The notes under the pieces were generated by a model. The model made no database searches, had not been told where the DNA came from, and was given only the letters and a program-made list of their open reading frames with translations. The translations under genes were made by a program, and so were the position numbers. DNA of 42,624 bases, from positions 1-42,624 of the forward strand of contig JBKCXY010000207.1 in assembly GCA_046315835.1 (NCBI GenBank). The letters run 5' to 3'. The DNA comes from Pseudobdellovibrionaceae bacterium (lineage in GTDB: Bacteria; Bdellovibrionota; Bdellovibrionia; Bdellovibrionales; Bdellovibrionaceae). Of this stretch, positions 9,484 to 18,829 are shown one piece after another (positions within the stretch are counted from its first letter, which is position 1; every line of letters begins with the position of its first letter).

Positions 9484-10905
9484 TTGGCTAAGCTCAGTCA
9501 GTCGATGAATTTAAGTCAGACACTGCGGATGACTCCGCAGTTGCAGCAAGCAATTAAATTGCTGCAAATGTCTCGTCTTGAAATGGAAACGGCTGTTCGC
9601 AAAGAGTTGGATGAAAATCCCATTCTCGAAGAAGCTCAAGAGCTCAAAGAAGAAGATCTTCAGCGCACCAAAGAGGCCGCTGACACCGTTGAAACGCCGG
9701 CTGAATCTCAGGATCAAGACCCTCAAAAGCACGATGAGTTTGAGTGGGAGTCCTATCTCGAGAATCAACAGAAACCCCCTCAGCAGAATTTCGGTGGCAA
9801 CGAAGAGATCATGAACTACGAGAACGTGATTTCTACGACGGAATCACTTTATGATCATCTTCTCTGGCAAGCAAAAATGAACGGCTTCAATGAAGAAGAG
9901 ATGTTTCAAGCTGAAATTCTTATTAATTACATTGATGATGACGGCTATATCACGACGCCCCTTGAAGAGATTGCTGCAACAGAATCTACGACCAAAGAAG
10001 AATTGGAAGGCACCCTCAAGTTCATTCATGAATTTGATCCGCCAGGTGTAGGGGCTCGGAATCTTCAGGAGTGCTTATTGATCCAAGCTAAGTTTCTTGA
10101 AGAAGACACGAATGATCTTGTTTATTTGATCACTCATCATATCAAAGACCTCGAAAAGAAAAATTACGACGGCATCGCCAAAGCCATGGCGCGAGATATC
10201 AGCGAGATTGCCGAGATGTGTAAGATTATTTTTTCGATGGATCCTAAGCCAGGACGGGCTTATGCGCCAGCAGACACTCAGTATGTCACACCCGATGTGT
10301 ACGTGTATAAGGTGGGCGATGATTACATGGTCTCATTGAATGAGGATGGCCTGCCCCGACTGAAAATCTCAAACTTCTATAAGAATATGTTGAAGCAATC
10401 GGGAAATGAAAAGACTCAGGAGTATATTCAAGAGAAGCTTCGCTCTGCGGTCTGGCTGATTAAGTCTATTCATCAAAGGCAAAGAACTATTTATAAAGTC
10501 ACGGACAGTATTGTGAAGCACCAAAGAGAGTTCTTCGATAAAGGTGCTGCCTTTATTAAGCCCATGGTTCTCCGAGATATTGCGGCAGATATTGGAATGC
10601 ATGAATCAACGGTCAGCCGAGTGACTACGGCTAAATATGTCCATACTCCTCAAGGTATCTTTGAGCTCAAGTACTTTTTTAACTCAGGGATCAATACAAC
10701 CGATGGTGAATCTCTGGCTTCGGAATCTGTAAAACTCAAAATCAAAGAGCTGATCTCTCGAGAAGACCACAAGAATCCCTACTCAGATCAGCAAATCGTT
10801 GAGATGCTCTTGAAGGACGGAATTGAAATCGCTCGTCGAACGGTGGCAAAGTACCGCGACGTGCTCAAAATTTTACCCTCAAGCCGCCGCAAAAAGATTT
10901 TCTAG
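9484..10905 (+). CDS. rpoN: RNA polymerase sigma-54 factor RpoN
   Basis: Gln/Leu-rich region I (LQQAIKLLQMSRLEM), HTH ESTVSRVT and RpoN box ARRTVAKYR. TTG start with GAGAGGA upstream. Confidence 0.95.
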   Translation: MAKLSQSMNLSQTLRMTPQLQQAIKLLQMSRLEMETAVRKELDENPILEEAQELKEEDLQRTKEAADTVETPAESQDQDPQKHDEFEWESYLENQQKPPQQNFGGNEEIMNYENVISTTESLYDHLLWQAKMNGFNEEEMFQAEILINYIDDDGYITTPLEEIAATESTTKEELEGTLKFIHEFDPPGVGARNLQECLLIQAKFLEEDTNDLVYLITHHIKDLEKKNYDGIAKAMARDISEIAEMCKIIFSMDPKPGRAYAPADTQYVTPDVYVYKVGDDYMVSLNEDGLPRLKISNFYKNMLKQSGNEKTQEYIQEKLRSAVWLIKSIHQRQRTIYKVTDSIVKHQREFFDKGAAFIKPMVLRDIAADIGMHESTVSRVTTAKYVHTPQGIFELKYFFNSGINTTDGESLASESVKLKIKELISREDHKNPYSDQQIVEMLLKDGIEIARRTVAKYRDVLKILPSSRRKKIF

Positions 10906-11936
10906 TCCGTCTTAATCCGAGTCCAAATTTGATCAAAGAGTTTTGTGTTTTCACCGACATCTTTAAGATCTTCAAGTTTGGCAAACAGGCTGGCATCTGG
11001 AAACAGGGGGGCCAGAGTCTGAACATCTGCAGGGAACTCATGTTTGGTATCTTTGAGCACGGGTCCTGCCATGACTTCGGAGACAAATTCAATATTGGTC
11101 TTTCTGTCTAAGAGAAACTTCACAAGCTTCATTGCATTGTCTTTATTCTTTGCAGCTTTGAAGACGACCAGGGTGTCGACGGCCCGGGCGCCACCTTCCG
11201 CTGGAAGAACAAAAACAACAGCTCCGTTTGATTTTTTCTGAGCTTGGAGAGCATCTGAAGAATAGATTTGCGCGACAGCCACTTCTTTGTTCAGAAGTGA
11301 ATCGACCGGATCTGATGTGAACATTTTCACTCGAGGCTTGAACTCGATCAGTGTCTTTTCGGCCTTTTTTAGTTCTTCAGGGTTCACCGTGTTCACAGAG
11401 TGTCCATGCATCTTCAAAGCAGCTCCAATGACCTCGCGAGCATCATCCATGAGGGAGACTTTTCCCCCTAAAGCTTTATTTGAGAACAAGGAGGCCCAGT
11501 CCTTAATTCCTTCTGGGAGAAGCTCTTTGTGGTAGGCAAGTCCCGTGGTTGTCCACGCATAGGGGAGAGCGAAGGGGCTTGCGATAGAACTGAGCTGAAT
11601 TTTGGGATCAAGTTGACTGGCAATTCCGAGGTCTTGGGCATTCAAAGCCTCGAGAAGACCATTTTGAACCATGATTTCTACCATATACTCGGAGGGCACA
11701 GCCACGTCGATTCCAGAGGCTCCCGATTGAACTTTGGCGAGCAGTTCTTCATTAGAGGAGTAATTTGAAATATTCAGTTTGATCCCTGTTTCTTGGGTAA
11801 ATCTCTGGGCCGTTTGATCAGAGATGTAATTGCCCCAGATGGCTAAGTTTACTTCTGCTGAAGAGGGCTTTTTTCCCGTGCAGCCCAAGCTAAAACTCAA
11901 AGCGATGAGGCCAAAAAACCAGAGTGAATGTTTCAT
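10902..11936 (-). CDS. potD: Spermidine/putrescine ABC transporter substrate-binding protein (probable lipoprotein)
   Basis: PotD/PotF-family sequence (LAIWGNYISD..., YAWTTTGLAY...). Signal peptide ending LSFSLGC. I prefer the ATG at 11936 (GGAAGGA 7 nt upstream) over the listed GTG at 11966. The two candidate starts are near-duplicates (GTGAAGCATTC / ATGAAACATTC). Confidence 0.85.
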   Translation of the reverse strand: MKHSLWFFGLIALSFSLGCTGKKPSSAEVNLAIWGNYISDQTAQRFTQETGIKLNISNYSSNEELLAKVQSGASGIDVAVPSEYMVEIMVQNGLLEALNAQDLGIASQLDPKIQLSSIASPFALPYAWTTTGLAYHKELLPEGIKDWASLFSNKALGGKVSLMDDAREVIGAALKMHGHSVNTVNPEELKKAEKTLIEFKPRVKMFTSDPVDSLLNKEVAVAQIYSSDALQAQKKSNGAVVFVLPAEGGARAVDTLVVFKAAKNKDNAMKLVKFLLDRKTNIEFVSEVMAGPVLKDTKHEFPADVQTLAPLFPDASLFAKLEDLKDVGENTKLFDQIWTRIKTD

Positions 11937-12061
11937 GCGATTTCCTTCCGTTAACGAATGCTTCACAAACTACTGTCACAACTTTAGACACTCAAGAAAA
12001 AATTCACACTGGGGGCGGAGATTTATTGCGAAAAAGAGCCGGAGGCCTTACATCTGACCCC

Positions 12062-13147
12062 ATGCTCAAGATTGAATCTCTCCACAAATCTTTCACTGGC
12101 CAGAATTCGGTTCACGATGTGTCGTTGGAAATCAGAGATGGAGAGTTTTTCTCGCTTTTGGGCCCCAGTGGGTGTGGAAAAACGACTCTGCTGCGAATGA
12201 TTGCAGGCCTTGAGACGCCAACATCAGGGCGCATTCTTCTCGATGGCAAAGATCTAACTCACCTGCCAGCTCAAGAGCGGCCCTTTAACATGGTTTTTCA
12301 GCGTTATGCCCTATTCCCCCATCTGACAGTTTTTGAAAACGCGGCCTTTGGGCTTCGTTTGAAAAAAATGAATGAAAAAGACATTCAAGATCGTGTTGAA
12401 GAAAGTCTGGCCCTTGTGAACCTGAGTCATCTGAAGGATCGTCTTCCAGAAACTCTTTCCGGCGGACAGTGTCAGCGCGTGGCAATTGCTAGAGCATTAG
12501 TGAATCGGCCTCGATTGATTTTACTGGATGAACCTTTGTCGGCCCTCGATCAGAAGTTACGTGAGCACATGCAAGTTGAGCTGAAAGCCCTCCAGCAGAG
12601 CTTGGGGCTGACCTTTATTTATGTGACTCATGATCAAGAAGAGGCTCTGGTGCTGTCAGATCGAATCGGAGTCATGAATCAAGGCAAGCTGGAACAAGTG
12701 AGTGCTCCACAAGAGCTCTACGACGAGCCACGATCTTTATTTGCAGCTCAGTTCGTTGGTCCCATGACAGGTTTTGCCGGGGAAGTTTTAGAAATCGAAG
12801 GTACCATGGCCTCCTTTCGGTTTCAGGATCAGGTCTTTAAAGTTCGCGCTCGGCGCCAAGAAGATGCTGGAGAGGTCTCTTCGCCAAAAACATTGGCTAT
12901 GGTCAGACCTGACCGAATTAGAGTTTCTAAAAGTCTAGGCTCTGGATGCCTCGCCAATCAGATCTCGGGGCGAGTGACTCAAACTATTTTTCGAGGAACT
13001 CAGTCGGAAGTTTTGATTGAAGTTTCTGATGGCCAAATGGTGAAGGCTTTCGTGAGCCGCCAGCAAGGTGATTTCCCGACGGGGGAATCAGTTTGGGTAA
13101 CTTTTGATCCTGACGACACTTTCCTCTTTTTAGGTCAATCGAAGTGA
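12062..13147 (+). CDS. potA: Spermidine/putrescine ABC transporter ATP-binding protein
   Basis: Walker A GPSGCGKTT, LSGGQCQRVAIARAL, LLLDEPLSALD and a C-terminal TOBE-like domain. Start set at ATG 12062 (MLKIESLHKSF). The listed 11924 start would overlap the divergent potD start and adds non-homologous residues. Confidence 0.88.
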   Translation: MLKIESLHKSFTGQNSVHDVSLEIRDGEFFSLLGPSGCGKTTLLRMIAGLETPTSGRILLDGKDLTHLPAQERPFNMVFQRYALFPHLTVFENAAFGLRLKKMNEKDIQDRVEESLALVNLSHLKDRLPETLSGGQCQRVAIARALVNRPRLILLDEPLSALDQKLREHMQVELKALQQSLGLTFIYVTHDQEEALVLSDRIGVMNQGKLEQVSAPQELYDEPRSLFAAQFVGPMTGFAGEVLEIEGTMASFRFQDQVFKVRARRQEDAGEVSSPKTLAMVRPDRIRVSKSLGSGCLANQISGRVTQTIFRGTQSEVLIEVSDGQMVKAFVSRQQGDFPTGESVWVTFDPDDTFLFLGQSK

Positions 13148-13992
13148 AAAGCAGAGCTCTCAACAATTGGTTTGGAACTCCAGCAACTGTTTGGTTGAGT
13201 CTATTTTTAGCGGGACCTCTGCTCATGGTCTTTCTTCTCAGTTTTTGCACTCGCGGGACTTATGGCGGCATTGAGTACACTCTGACCTTCATGAACTATG
13301 CAAAAGCCTTTCAACCTCTGTACCTGGAAATCTATTTGCGAAGTCTCACCCTTGCGGTGATGACCACGGGCCTTTGTTTGTTGATTGGATTTCCCATGGC
13401 TTGGGCGATTTCAACCAGCTCTTCTCGTCAGCGTTCGGTGCTGATTTTTCTTCTGGCGCTGCCCTTTTTGATGAATCTTGTGATTCGAGTTTACTCAGTC
13501 CGACTTTTTGTTGGATTCGAAGGGCCCATTCAAGAATTATTGCGCTGGACGGGGACTCCGCATGATCCATTCAGTTTCACCCGAAATCAATTTCTTGTCC
13601 TTTATGGAATGGTGACCAGCTATTTACCGTTCATGGTTTTTCCGTTGTTTGCCTCGCTTGAGAAGTTTGATTTTTCTCAAGTTGAAGCCAGTTATGACCT
13701 CGGGGCCAGTCACTGGCAAACCCTCACTAAAGTTTTGATTCCTGGAAATCGGCATGGAATTTCCAATGGGTGTTTGCTTGTTTTTGTCCCTTCGATGGGT
13801 GAGTTCGTCATTCCTGATTTGCTCGGCAGTGCGAAGAATATGCTCATGGGTAATCTCATCACCGAGCAGTTCTTGAAAGCGAGAGATTGGCCTCTGGGTG
13901 CAGCGCTGACGGTGGTTTTTGTAACAACATTAGTTCTATTTGCAGTTTTAATCATCCGCTGGGGAGGGCGCTATGGAAAAGAAGCGTCCTAA
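13144..13992 (+). CDS. potB: Spermidine/putrescine ABC transporter permease
   Basis: Multi-TM binding-protein-dependent permease with EAA loop EASYDLGASHWQTLTKVLIP. GTGA overlap with potA. Confidence 0.85.
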   Translation: MKSRALNNWFGTPATVWLSLFLAGPLLMVFLLSFCTRGTYGGIEYTLTFMNYAKAFQPLYLEIYLRSLTLAVMTTGLCLLIGFPMAWAISTSSSRQRSVLIFLLALPFLMNLVIRVYSVRLFVGFEGPIQELLRWTGTPHDPFSFTRNQFLVLYGMVTSYLPFMVFPLFASLEKFDFSQVEASYDLGASHWQTLTKVLIPGNRHGISNGCLLVFVPSMGEFVIPDLLGSAKNMLMGNLITEQFLKARDWPLGAALTVVFVTTLVLFAVLIIRWGGRYGKEAS

Positions 13993-14773
13993 AGCGCCTC
14001 TGCTTTGTCATGTGATCTTGTTTGCCGCTCTTTTGGCGCTCTTTATTCCCGCTGTGTATTTGGTCATTTCTAGTTTTTGGGAGTCTTCAGCGGACTCCAC
14101 TCTGACACTAAAATGGTACTCCCAAGTCTTCTCAGATCAGACCTTGCAGGAGGCTATGCTCCGAAGTCTGGGCCTTGCTGCAGCGAGTGCCCTAGCAACA
14201 GTGATTCTTTCGACAGGTGCGGCTGTCGCTCTCCAGAGTGAGCGGTTTGCTTTCAGTCCTTTATTGAATTCACTTTCTTTAGCTTCCCTCGTTTTGCCTG
14301 AGCTTGTCTTTGCACTGTCATTGCTGGCTTGGTTTTTTGTGGTTCAATTTGAACTCAGCTTAGTGACCGTGTTCTTCTCACATATCACTTTTGGTTTGCC
14401 TTTTTCGATGATGGTCATTCGCACCCGATTAAAAACGCTGGATCCTTTAGTTTCTGAAGCGGCTCAGGACCTCGGCGCGCGAGATTTGCAAATTTTTTGG
14501 AAAGTCACTTTACCGCAAATTCTGCCCGCACTTGTTTCGGCCTACATTCTGGTGTTTCTATTATCTTTTGATGACTTCCTGATTACCTTTTTCACGAACG
14601 GGGTAGGCTCCGACACTTTACCCATTCGCTTGTACACTTCGATGAAAATGGGCCTTTCGCCGAAATTGAATGCTCTCTCCGCACTGATGCTCCTGGTGAC
14701 CTCGATCCTTGTTTTCATCCTGGCTCGCAGCTCCGCAGTCCGCGAAATGATCTCGTCTCAAAACGAGAAATAG
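13973..14773 (+). CDS. potC: Spermidine/putrescine ABC transporter permease
   Basis: Multi-TM permease with EAA loop EAAQDLGARDLQIFWKVTLPQ. 20-nt overlap with potB. Confidence 0.85.
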   Translation: MEKKRPKAPLLCHVILFAALLALFIPAVYLVISSFWESSADSTLTLKWYSQVFSDQTLQEAMLRSLGLAAASALATVILSTGAAVALQSERFAFSPLLNSLSLASLVLPELVFALSLLAWFFVVQFELSLVTVFFSHITFGLPFSMMVIRTRLKTLDPLVSEAAQDLGARDLQIFWKVTLPQILPALVSAYILVFLLSFDDFLITFFTNGVGSDTLPIRLYTSMKMGLSPKLNALSALMLLVTSILVFILARSSAVREMISSQNEK

Positions 14774-14847
14774 ACCTATTGCGTCAAGCAATTCTCCTCA
14801 TCTTTAGTCCAGTTCTACCGAAAAGAAATCACTGCGAAGGAGATTTT

Positions 14848-15228
14848 ATGAGCTTTAAACACACTTTCCGCCATGTTGACCCCTCAGATGCTTTGAAAAC
14901 TTATGTCGAAGAGCGCTTTGGAAAGATGGGGAAGCATTTGCTGAAGGAAAGCCAATGGCAGATTTTTTATAGCCTCGGGAAAGTCCATTTTGAAGTCGAA
15001 GTTGTTGTCAGAAACCCTGACAGCCATTTTAAAGCGAAAGCTCAATCCCCGAATGTCTATGCCGCTGTCGAGCTGGTGGCTGAAAAGCTCGACAAGCAGT
15101 TTATGAAGCGAAAAGAGAAGCTTCAGCATCATAAAAAATACGATCTCTCGAAAGAGGGGCAGCTCGAGCGAGTCAATGAAATGCTCGAGTATGAAGTCCT
15201 TCCCTTTCCTCAGAAAAAGCCTGCGTAA
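14848..15228 (+). CDS. hpf: Ribosome hibernation promoting factor / sigma-54 modulation protein family
   Basis: S30AE/HPF-type sequence (FRHVDPSDALKTYVEERFGKM...VEVVV...AKAQSPNVYAAVELVAEKLDKQFMKRKEK). Start set at ATG 14848 with GAAGGAG 6 nt upstream. The listed 14779 start adds 23 unrelated residues. Confidence 0.85.
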   Translation: MSFKHTFRHVDPSDALKTYVEERFGKMGKHLLKESQWQIFYSLGKVHFEVEVVVRNPDSHFKAKAQSPNVYAAVELVAEKLDKQFMKRKEKLQHHKKYDLSKEGQLERVNEMLEYEVLPFPQKKPA

Positions 15229-15238
15229 AGCGGGCTTT
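15216..15238 (+). terminator. Possible intrinsic terminator overlapping the hpf stop codon
   Basis: Hairpin AAAGCCTGC-GTAAA-GCGGGCTTT (one G-U pair) followed by CATTTGATTGATTTT. The T-run is interrupted, so it is weak. Confidence 0.4.
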
Positions 15239-15275
15239 CATTTGATTGATTTTAAAATCTGACTTTGTTAGGTTG

Positions 15276-15303
15276 CTCTTTCTTTATTGTTCATAAGAAA
15301 GAG
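15276..15303 (+). promoter_or_regulatory. metK leader hairpin that sequesters the Shine-Dalgarno sequence
   Basis: Perfect 9-bp stem CTCTTTCTT (15276-15284) / AAGAAAGAG (15295-15303) with a 10-nt loop. The 3' arm contains the metK SD (AAGAGGA), 10 nt before ATG 15314. Confidence 0.35.
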
Positions 15304-15313
15304 GACGTAACCT

Positions 15314-16477
15314 ATGTCAAATCTTAAGAATTTTCTATTCACCAGTGAGTCGGTCTCCGAAGGGCATCCTGACAAAATGGCAGATCAAATCAGCGATGCT
15401 GTTCTGGATGCTATTTTAGCCCAAGATTCTCGCGGCCGCGTGGCGTGTGAAACTCTTCTGACCACAGGTTTGATTGTTGTGGCTGGTGAAGTGACCACTT
15501 CGGCCAACGTCAACATGTCTGAAATCGCTCGCGAAACCGTCAAAAAGATTGGCTACGATTCTTCTGATAAAGGGTTCGACTACAAATCGTGCGGAGTCAT
15601 GGTGGCCGTGGGGAAGCAGTCTCCCGATATCGCTATGGGCGTGAAAGAGACGGGGTCCGATGAACAAGGGGCTGGGGATCAAGGTCTGATGTTCGGTTAT
15701 GCAGTGAATGAAACTCCGGAAATGATGCCGCTTTCAATTTCTCTTTCGCACAAAATTTTGCAGGAGCTTTCCACTCAGCGAAAAGCCAATGTCGTGAATT
15801 GGCTGAGACCCGATGCCAAGTCTCAAGTCACTGTTGAGTACGAAAACGGAAAAGCAAAAAGAATCGACACTGTTGTGGTTTCCACTCAGCATGCGGAAGA
15901 AGCTTCCGCGAAAATGATTCAAGATTTTGTCATCGAGAGCGTGCTCAAAAAAACGATTCCTTCTCAGTGGATCGATGCGAAGACTAAATTCCTGATTAAT
16001 CCAACCGGTCGGTTTGTCATTGGTGGTCCTATGGGAGACGCAGGTCTCACTGGACGAAAGATTATTGTCGACACTTACGGTGGTCACGGCGCCCACGGTG
16101 GTGGAGCGTTTTCAGGGAAAGATCCTTCAAAGGTGGACCGTTCTGCGGCTTATGCTGCCCGCCATGTGGCAAAGAACATTGTCGCTGCCGGACTCGCTGA
16201 AAAATGCTTGGTTCAAGTGGCTTATGCCATCGGTGTGGCAGAGCCTGTCAGTATCAACGTGAATGATTTTGGAACGAGCAAAGTGGGTGCTGAGAAGCTC
16301 GAGAAAGCTGTTCGAGAGCTTTGGAGCTTAAAGCCGGCTCGAATTGTTAAAGATCTGGATTTACTTCGTCCCATCTATTCGAGAACATCAACTTACGGTC
16401 ATTTTGGACGAGATGAATTTAGCTGGGAAAGACTCAACAAAGTGGAGCAACTCAAAGACTTCGCAAAAGGACACTAA
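15314..16477 (+). CDS. metK: S-adenosylmethionine synthetase
   Basis: [31 protein letters not shown] and [22 protein letters not shown] are diagnostic MetK motifs. Confidence 0.97.
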   Translation: MSNLKNFLFTSESVSEGHPDKMADQISDAVLDAILAQDSRGRVACETLLTTGLIVVAGEVTTSANVNMSEIARETVKKIGYDSSDKGFDYKSCGVMVAVGKQSPDIAMGVKETGSDEQGAGDQGLMFGYAVNETPEMMPLSISLSHKILQELSTQRKANVVNWLRPDAKSQVTVEYENGKAKRIDTVVVSTQHAEEASAKMIQDFVIESVLKKTIPSQWIDAKTKFLINPTGRFVIGGPMGDAGLTGRKIIVDTYGGHGAHGGGAFSGKDPSKVDRSAAYAARHVAKNIVAAGLAEKCLVQVAYAIGVAEPVSINVNDFGTSKVGAEKLEKAVRELWSLKPARIVKDLDLLRPIYSRTSTYGHFGRDEFSWERLNKVEQLKDFAKGH

Positions 16478-16483
16478 AACCAA

Positions 16484-18283
16484 ATGGATCCTAAGTTTAT
16501 CCGGAACTTTTCTATCATCGCTCACATCGACCATGGGAAATCAACTTTGGCCGATGCCTTGCTTTCCGAAACAGGTTCTTTGAGCGCACGAGAAGAGAAG
16601 GCTCAGTTTCTGGACAATATGGAGCTCGAGCGGGAACGTGGGATTACCATTAAAGCCCAAACGGTGTGCCTGACTTACAAAGCGAAAGACGGCAACACTT
16701 ACCAGATCAATTTGATTGATACTCCTGGGCATGTGGACTTCAGTTACGAGGTGTCTCGCTCTCTCGCGGCCTGTGAAGGGGCAATTCTGGTGGTGGATGC
16801 AGCTCAAGGCGTTGAGGCTCAAACCCTGGCAAATGTTTATTTGGCCATTGAGAATAATCTCGAAATCATTCCTGTCCTGAATAAAATTGACCTTCCCACC
16901 GCTGATCCTGACGGAGTGAAAAAGCAAATTCAGGATACTGTTGGCCTTGATGCCTCCGATGCGGTGATGGCTTCGGCCAAAGAACGAATTGGGATCACGG
17001 ATATTTTGGAAGCCATTGTCCAAAAGGTGCCTCCGCCCAAAGCGGATAAGGCTCTCCCTTTAAGGGCTTTGATCTTTGATTCATGGTTTGATGCTTATCA
17101 AGGCGTGGTGGTGCTTGTTCGCTTGAAAGATGGAGCCATCAAAAAGGGCGAGAAAATCAAATTCATGGCGACAGACAAGCAGTACGAAGTCTTGCGCATG
17201 GGAAAGTACGCGCCTTTTCCAACTTTTGTTGATGAGCTCTATGCCGGCGAAGTGGGCTTTATCATTTGTGGGATTAAGGACATCCGTGATGTTAAAGTGG
17301 GGGACACCGTCACCAACGCAAAGCTGCCGGCCCAAGAGCCGCTTCCTGGTTTTACTCACATTAAGCCCATGGTCTTTGCGGGGATTTTCCCGGTGGTCGC
17401 CAGTGAGTATGAGTCTCTGAAGGATGCTCTCGAAAAGCTCTGTTTGAATGACTCTTCTTTAACTTTTGAAACCGAAAAGTCTTTGGCTCTCGGTTTTGGT
17501 TATCGCTGCGGATTCTTAGGTCTATTGCATATGGAAATCGTCCAAGAACGTCTTGAGCGAGAGTTCAATTTGAACTTGATTACGACGGCTCCGACAGTGG
17601 TTTATCGAATTCACGCCCACGATGGATCTGTCTCTGAGCTTGAGAATCCCTCTCAGCTTCCAGATGAAACGAAAATTGCAAAAATGGAAGAGCCCTTCGT
17701 CAAAGTGACGATTCATACTCCGACGGATTTCATCGGTGGGATCTTGAAGCTCTGTGAAGATAAGCGCGGGATTCAAATCAAGATGGACTATGTGACTGAA
17801 AAGAAAGTGATCATCGAATACCGCCTACCAATGAATGAAATGGTCATGGACTTTTATGATCGCTTGAAGTCGATCTCTAAGGGCTATGCTTCGCTGGAAT
17901 ATGAAGTGATCGGTTTTGAGGAAGCAGATCTGGTGAAGATGGATGTTTTGATCAATAGTGAGCCCGTCGATGCACTTTCACTCATTATTCATCGTTCGAA
18001 AGCCCAGGCCCGAGGTCGAGCGCTGGTTGAGAAAATGAAAGAGTTAATCCCTCGTCAGCAGTACCAAGTGGCGATTCAGGCCGCGATCGGTTCTAAGATT
18101 GTCGCTCGTGAAACCCTCGGCGCACTTCGCAAGGACGTAACGGCCAAGTGTTATGGTGGAGATATTTCCCGAAAGCGTAAGCTTCTCGAAAGACAAAAAG
18201 AAGGTAAAAGGCGCATGAAGCAAATCGGTACGGTCGATGTGCCTCAAGAGGCTTTCCTGGCAATTCTTAAGGTGGAGGACTAG
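16484..18283 (+). CDS. lepA: Translation elongation factor 4 (LepA)
   Basis: [31 protein letters not shown] and the LepA-specific C-terminus ([33 protein letters not shown]). Confidence 0.97.
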   Translation: MDPKFIRNFSIIAHIDHGKSTLADALLSETGSLSAREEKAQFLDNMELERERGITIKAQTVCLTYKAKDGNTYQINLIDTPGHVDFSYEVSRSLAACEGAILVVDAAQGVEAQTLANVYLAIENNLEIIPVLNKIDLPTADPDGVKKQIQDTVGLDASDAVMASAKERIGITDILEAIVQKVPPPKADKALPLRALIFDSWFDAYQGVVVLVRLKDGAIKKGEKIKFMATDKQYEVLRMGKYAPFPTFVDELYAGEVGFIICGIKDIRDVKVGDTVTNAKLPAQEPLPGFTHIKPMVFAGIFPVVASEYESLKDALEKLCLNDSSLTFETEKSLALGFGYRCGFLGLLHMEIVQERLEREFNLNLITTAPTVVYRIHAHDGSVSELENPSQLPDETKIAKMEEPFVKVTIHTPTDFIGGILKLCEDKRGIQIKMDYVTEKKVIIEYRLPMNEMVMDFYDRLKSISKGYASLEYEVIGFEEADLVKMDVLINSEPVDALSLIIHRSKAQARGRALVEKMKELIPRQQYQVAIQAAIGSKIVARETLGALRKDVTAKCYGGDISRKRKLLERQKEGKRRMKQIGTVDVPQEAFLAILKVED

Positions 18284-18419
18284 GTATGAAAGTGAGTCTT
18301 TTTTTGCGGTCATGATGTGGTCACAGTTGGGACTGGCTCAGCGCTTTGAGTATCTCTATCCCCAGGGAAGATCCTCAGGGTTCTGCTCGGGCTCGAGTTC
18401 TGGGTGTTGTATGGAGTAG

Positions 18420-18623
18420 AAACTGACTCAAAATCCTGTCCCTGGTCGTCGCTACCGCCTCAACGAATCCAACAAATATCCATGAAATCAGCGTGTTCGT
18501 TGGTGATTTCTGTTTCTTGCAAAGCAAGAAACAGAAATTCCGTCCGATTTCCTTTTTTTCTCTATTGAGTCAGGTAGTTAGAGGACGGCGTTCTGCTGAA
18601 GGGACAGGATTTTGAGTCAGTTT
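18420..18623. repeat. 204-bp nested foldback element (24-bp perfect outer inverted repeat plus a coaxial 15-bp perfect inner hairpin)
   Basis: Outer repeat AAACTGACTCAAAATCCTGTCCCT (18420-18443) is the exact reverse complement of 18600-18623. Inner hairpin ATTTCTGTTTCTTGC-AAA-GCAAGAAACAGAAAT spans 18506-18538. The two share the same symmetry centre (18521.5 vs 18522). The right arm is followed by TTTTTATT. No ORF explains the element. Confidence 0.85.
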
Positions 18624-18829
18624 TTATTGAGTAGCTGAAAGATCGTGCAGATGAAGATTGCTTGTCTCAAGCTGACTTGCAGTGTCGAATTCGCAATGGT
18701 CATTGAGATCGCTTTTCTTTGACGTCGACCTCTTACTGCAATCCCAGTAATGTGCCGCCTCAGGATCAAGCTTGGGTTTCTTGCACAAGTTCCTGTACAG
18801 TCCGCTGCGAATTCCCCTAAGATAGGGGC

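Noticed and set aside
12009-12030. A sigma-54-like -24/-12 element (CGGAGATTTATTGC within CTGGGGGCGGAGATTTATTGCG) upstream of potA.
   Set aside because: The GG-to-GC spacing is one nucleotide short of the TGGCAC-N5-TTGC geometry, and the -24 half is CGG rather than TGGCAC. It is not credible without experimental support.
14779-14847. Extended N-termini offered by the ORF track for hpf (14779), potD (11966), potA (11924), rarA (35852) and the hypothetical at 37770.
   Set aside because: In each case a downstream in-frame start has a properly spaced SD and matches where family homology begins. The upstream extension also overlaps a divergent gene start (potA) or contains the SD itself (37770).
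15229-15313. A large SAM riboswitch (SAM-I/S-box or SAM-IV) upstream of metK.
   Set aside because: The whole spacer is 85 nt, part of it is the hpf terminator, and no four-way-junction arrangement is visible. Only a compact SD-sequestering hairpin is supportable (reported separately as a candidate).
18312-18419. A 35-aa ORF just after lepA (MMWSQLGLAQRFEYLYPQGRSSGFCSGSSSGCCME) with a Gly/Ser/Cys-rich tail that superficially recalls RiPP or microcin-type precursors.
   Set aside because: No convincing SD, and no modification, export or immunity genes nearby. It ends exactly at the foldback element and is in frame with the lepA-overlapping ORF 18237..18419, so it is probably a chance ORF. Only ribosome profiling or conservation in relatives could rescue it.
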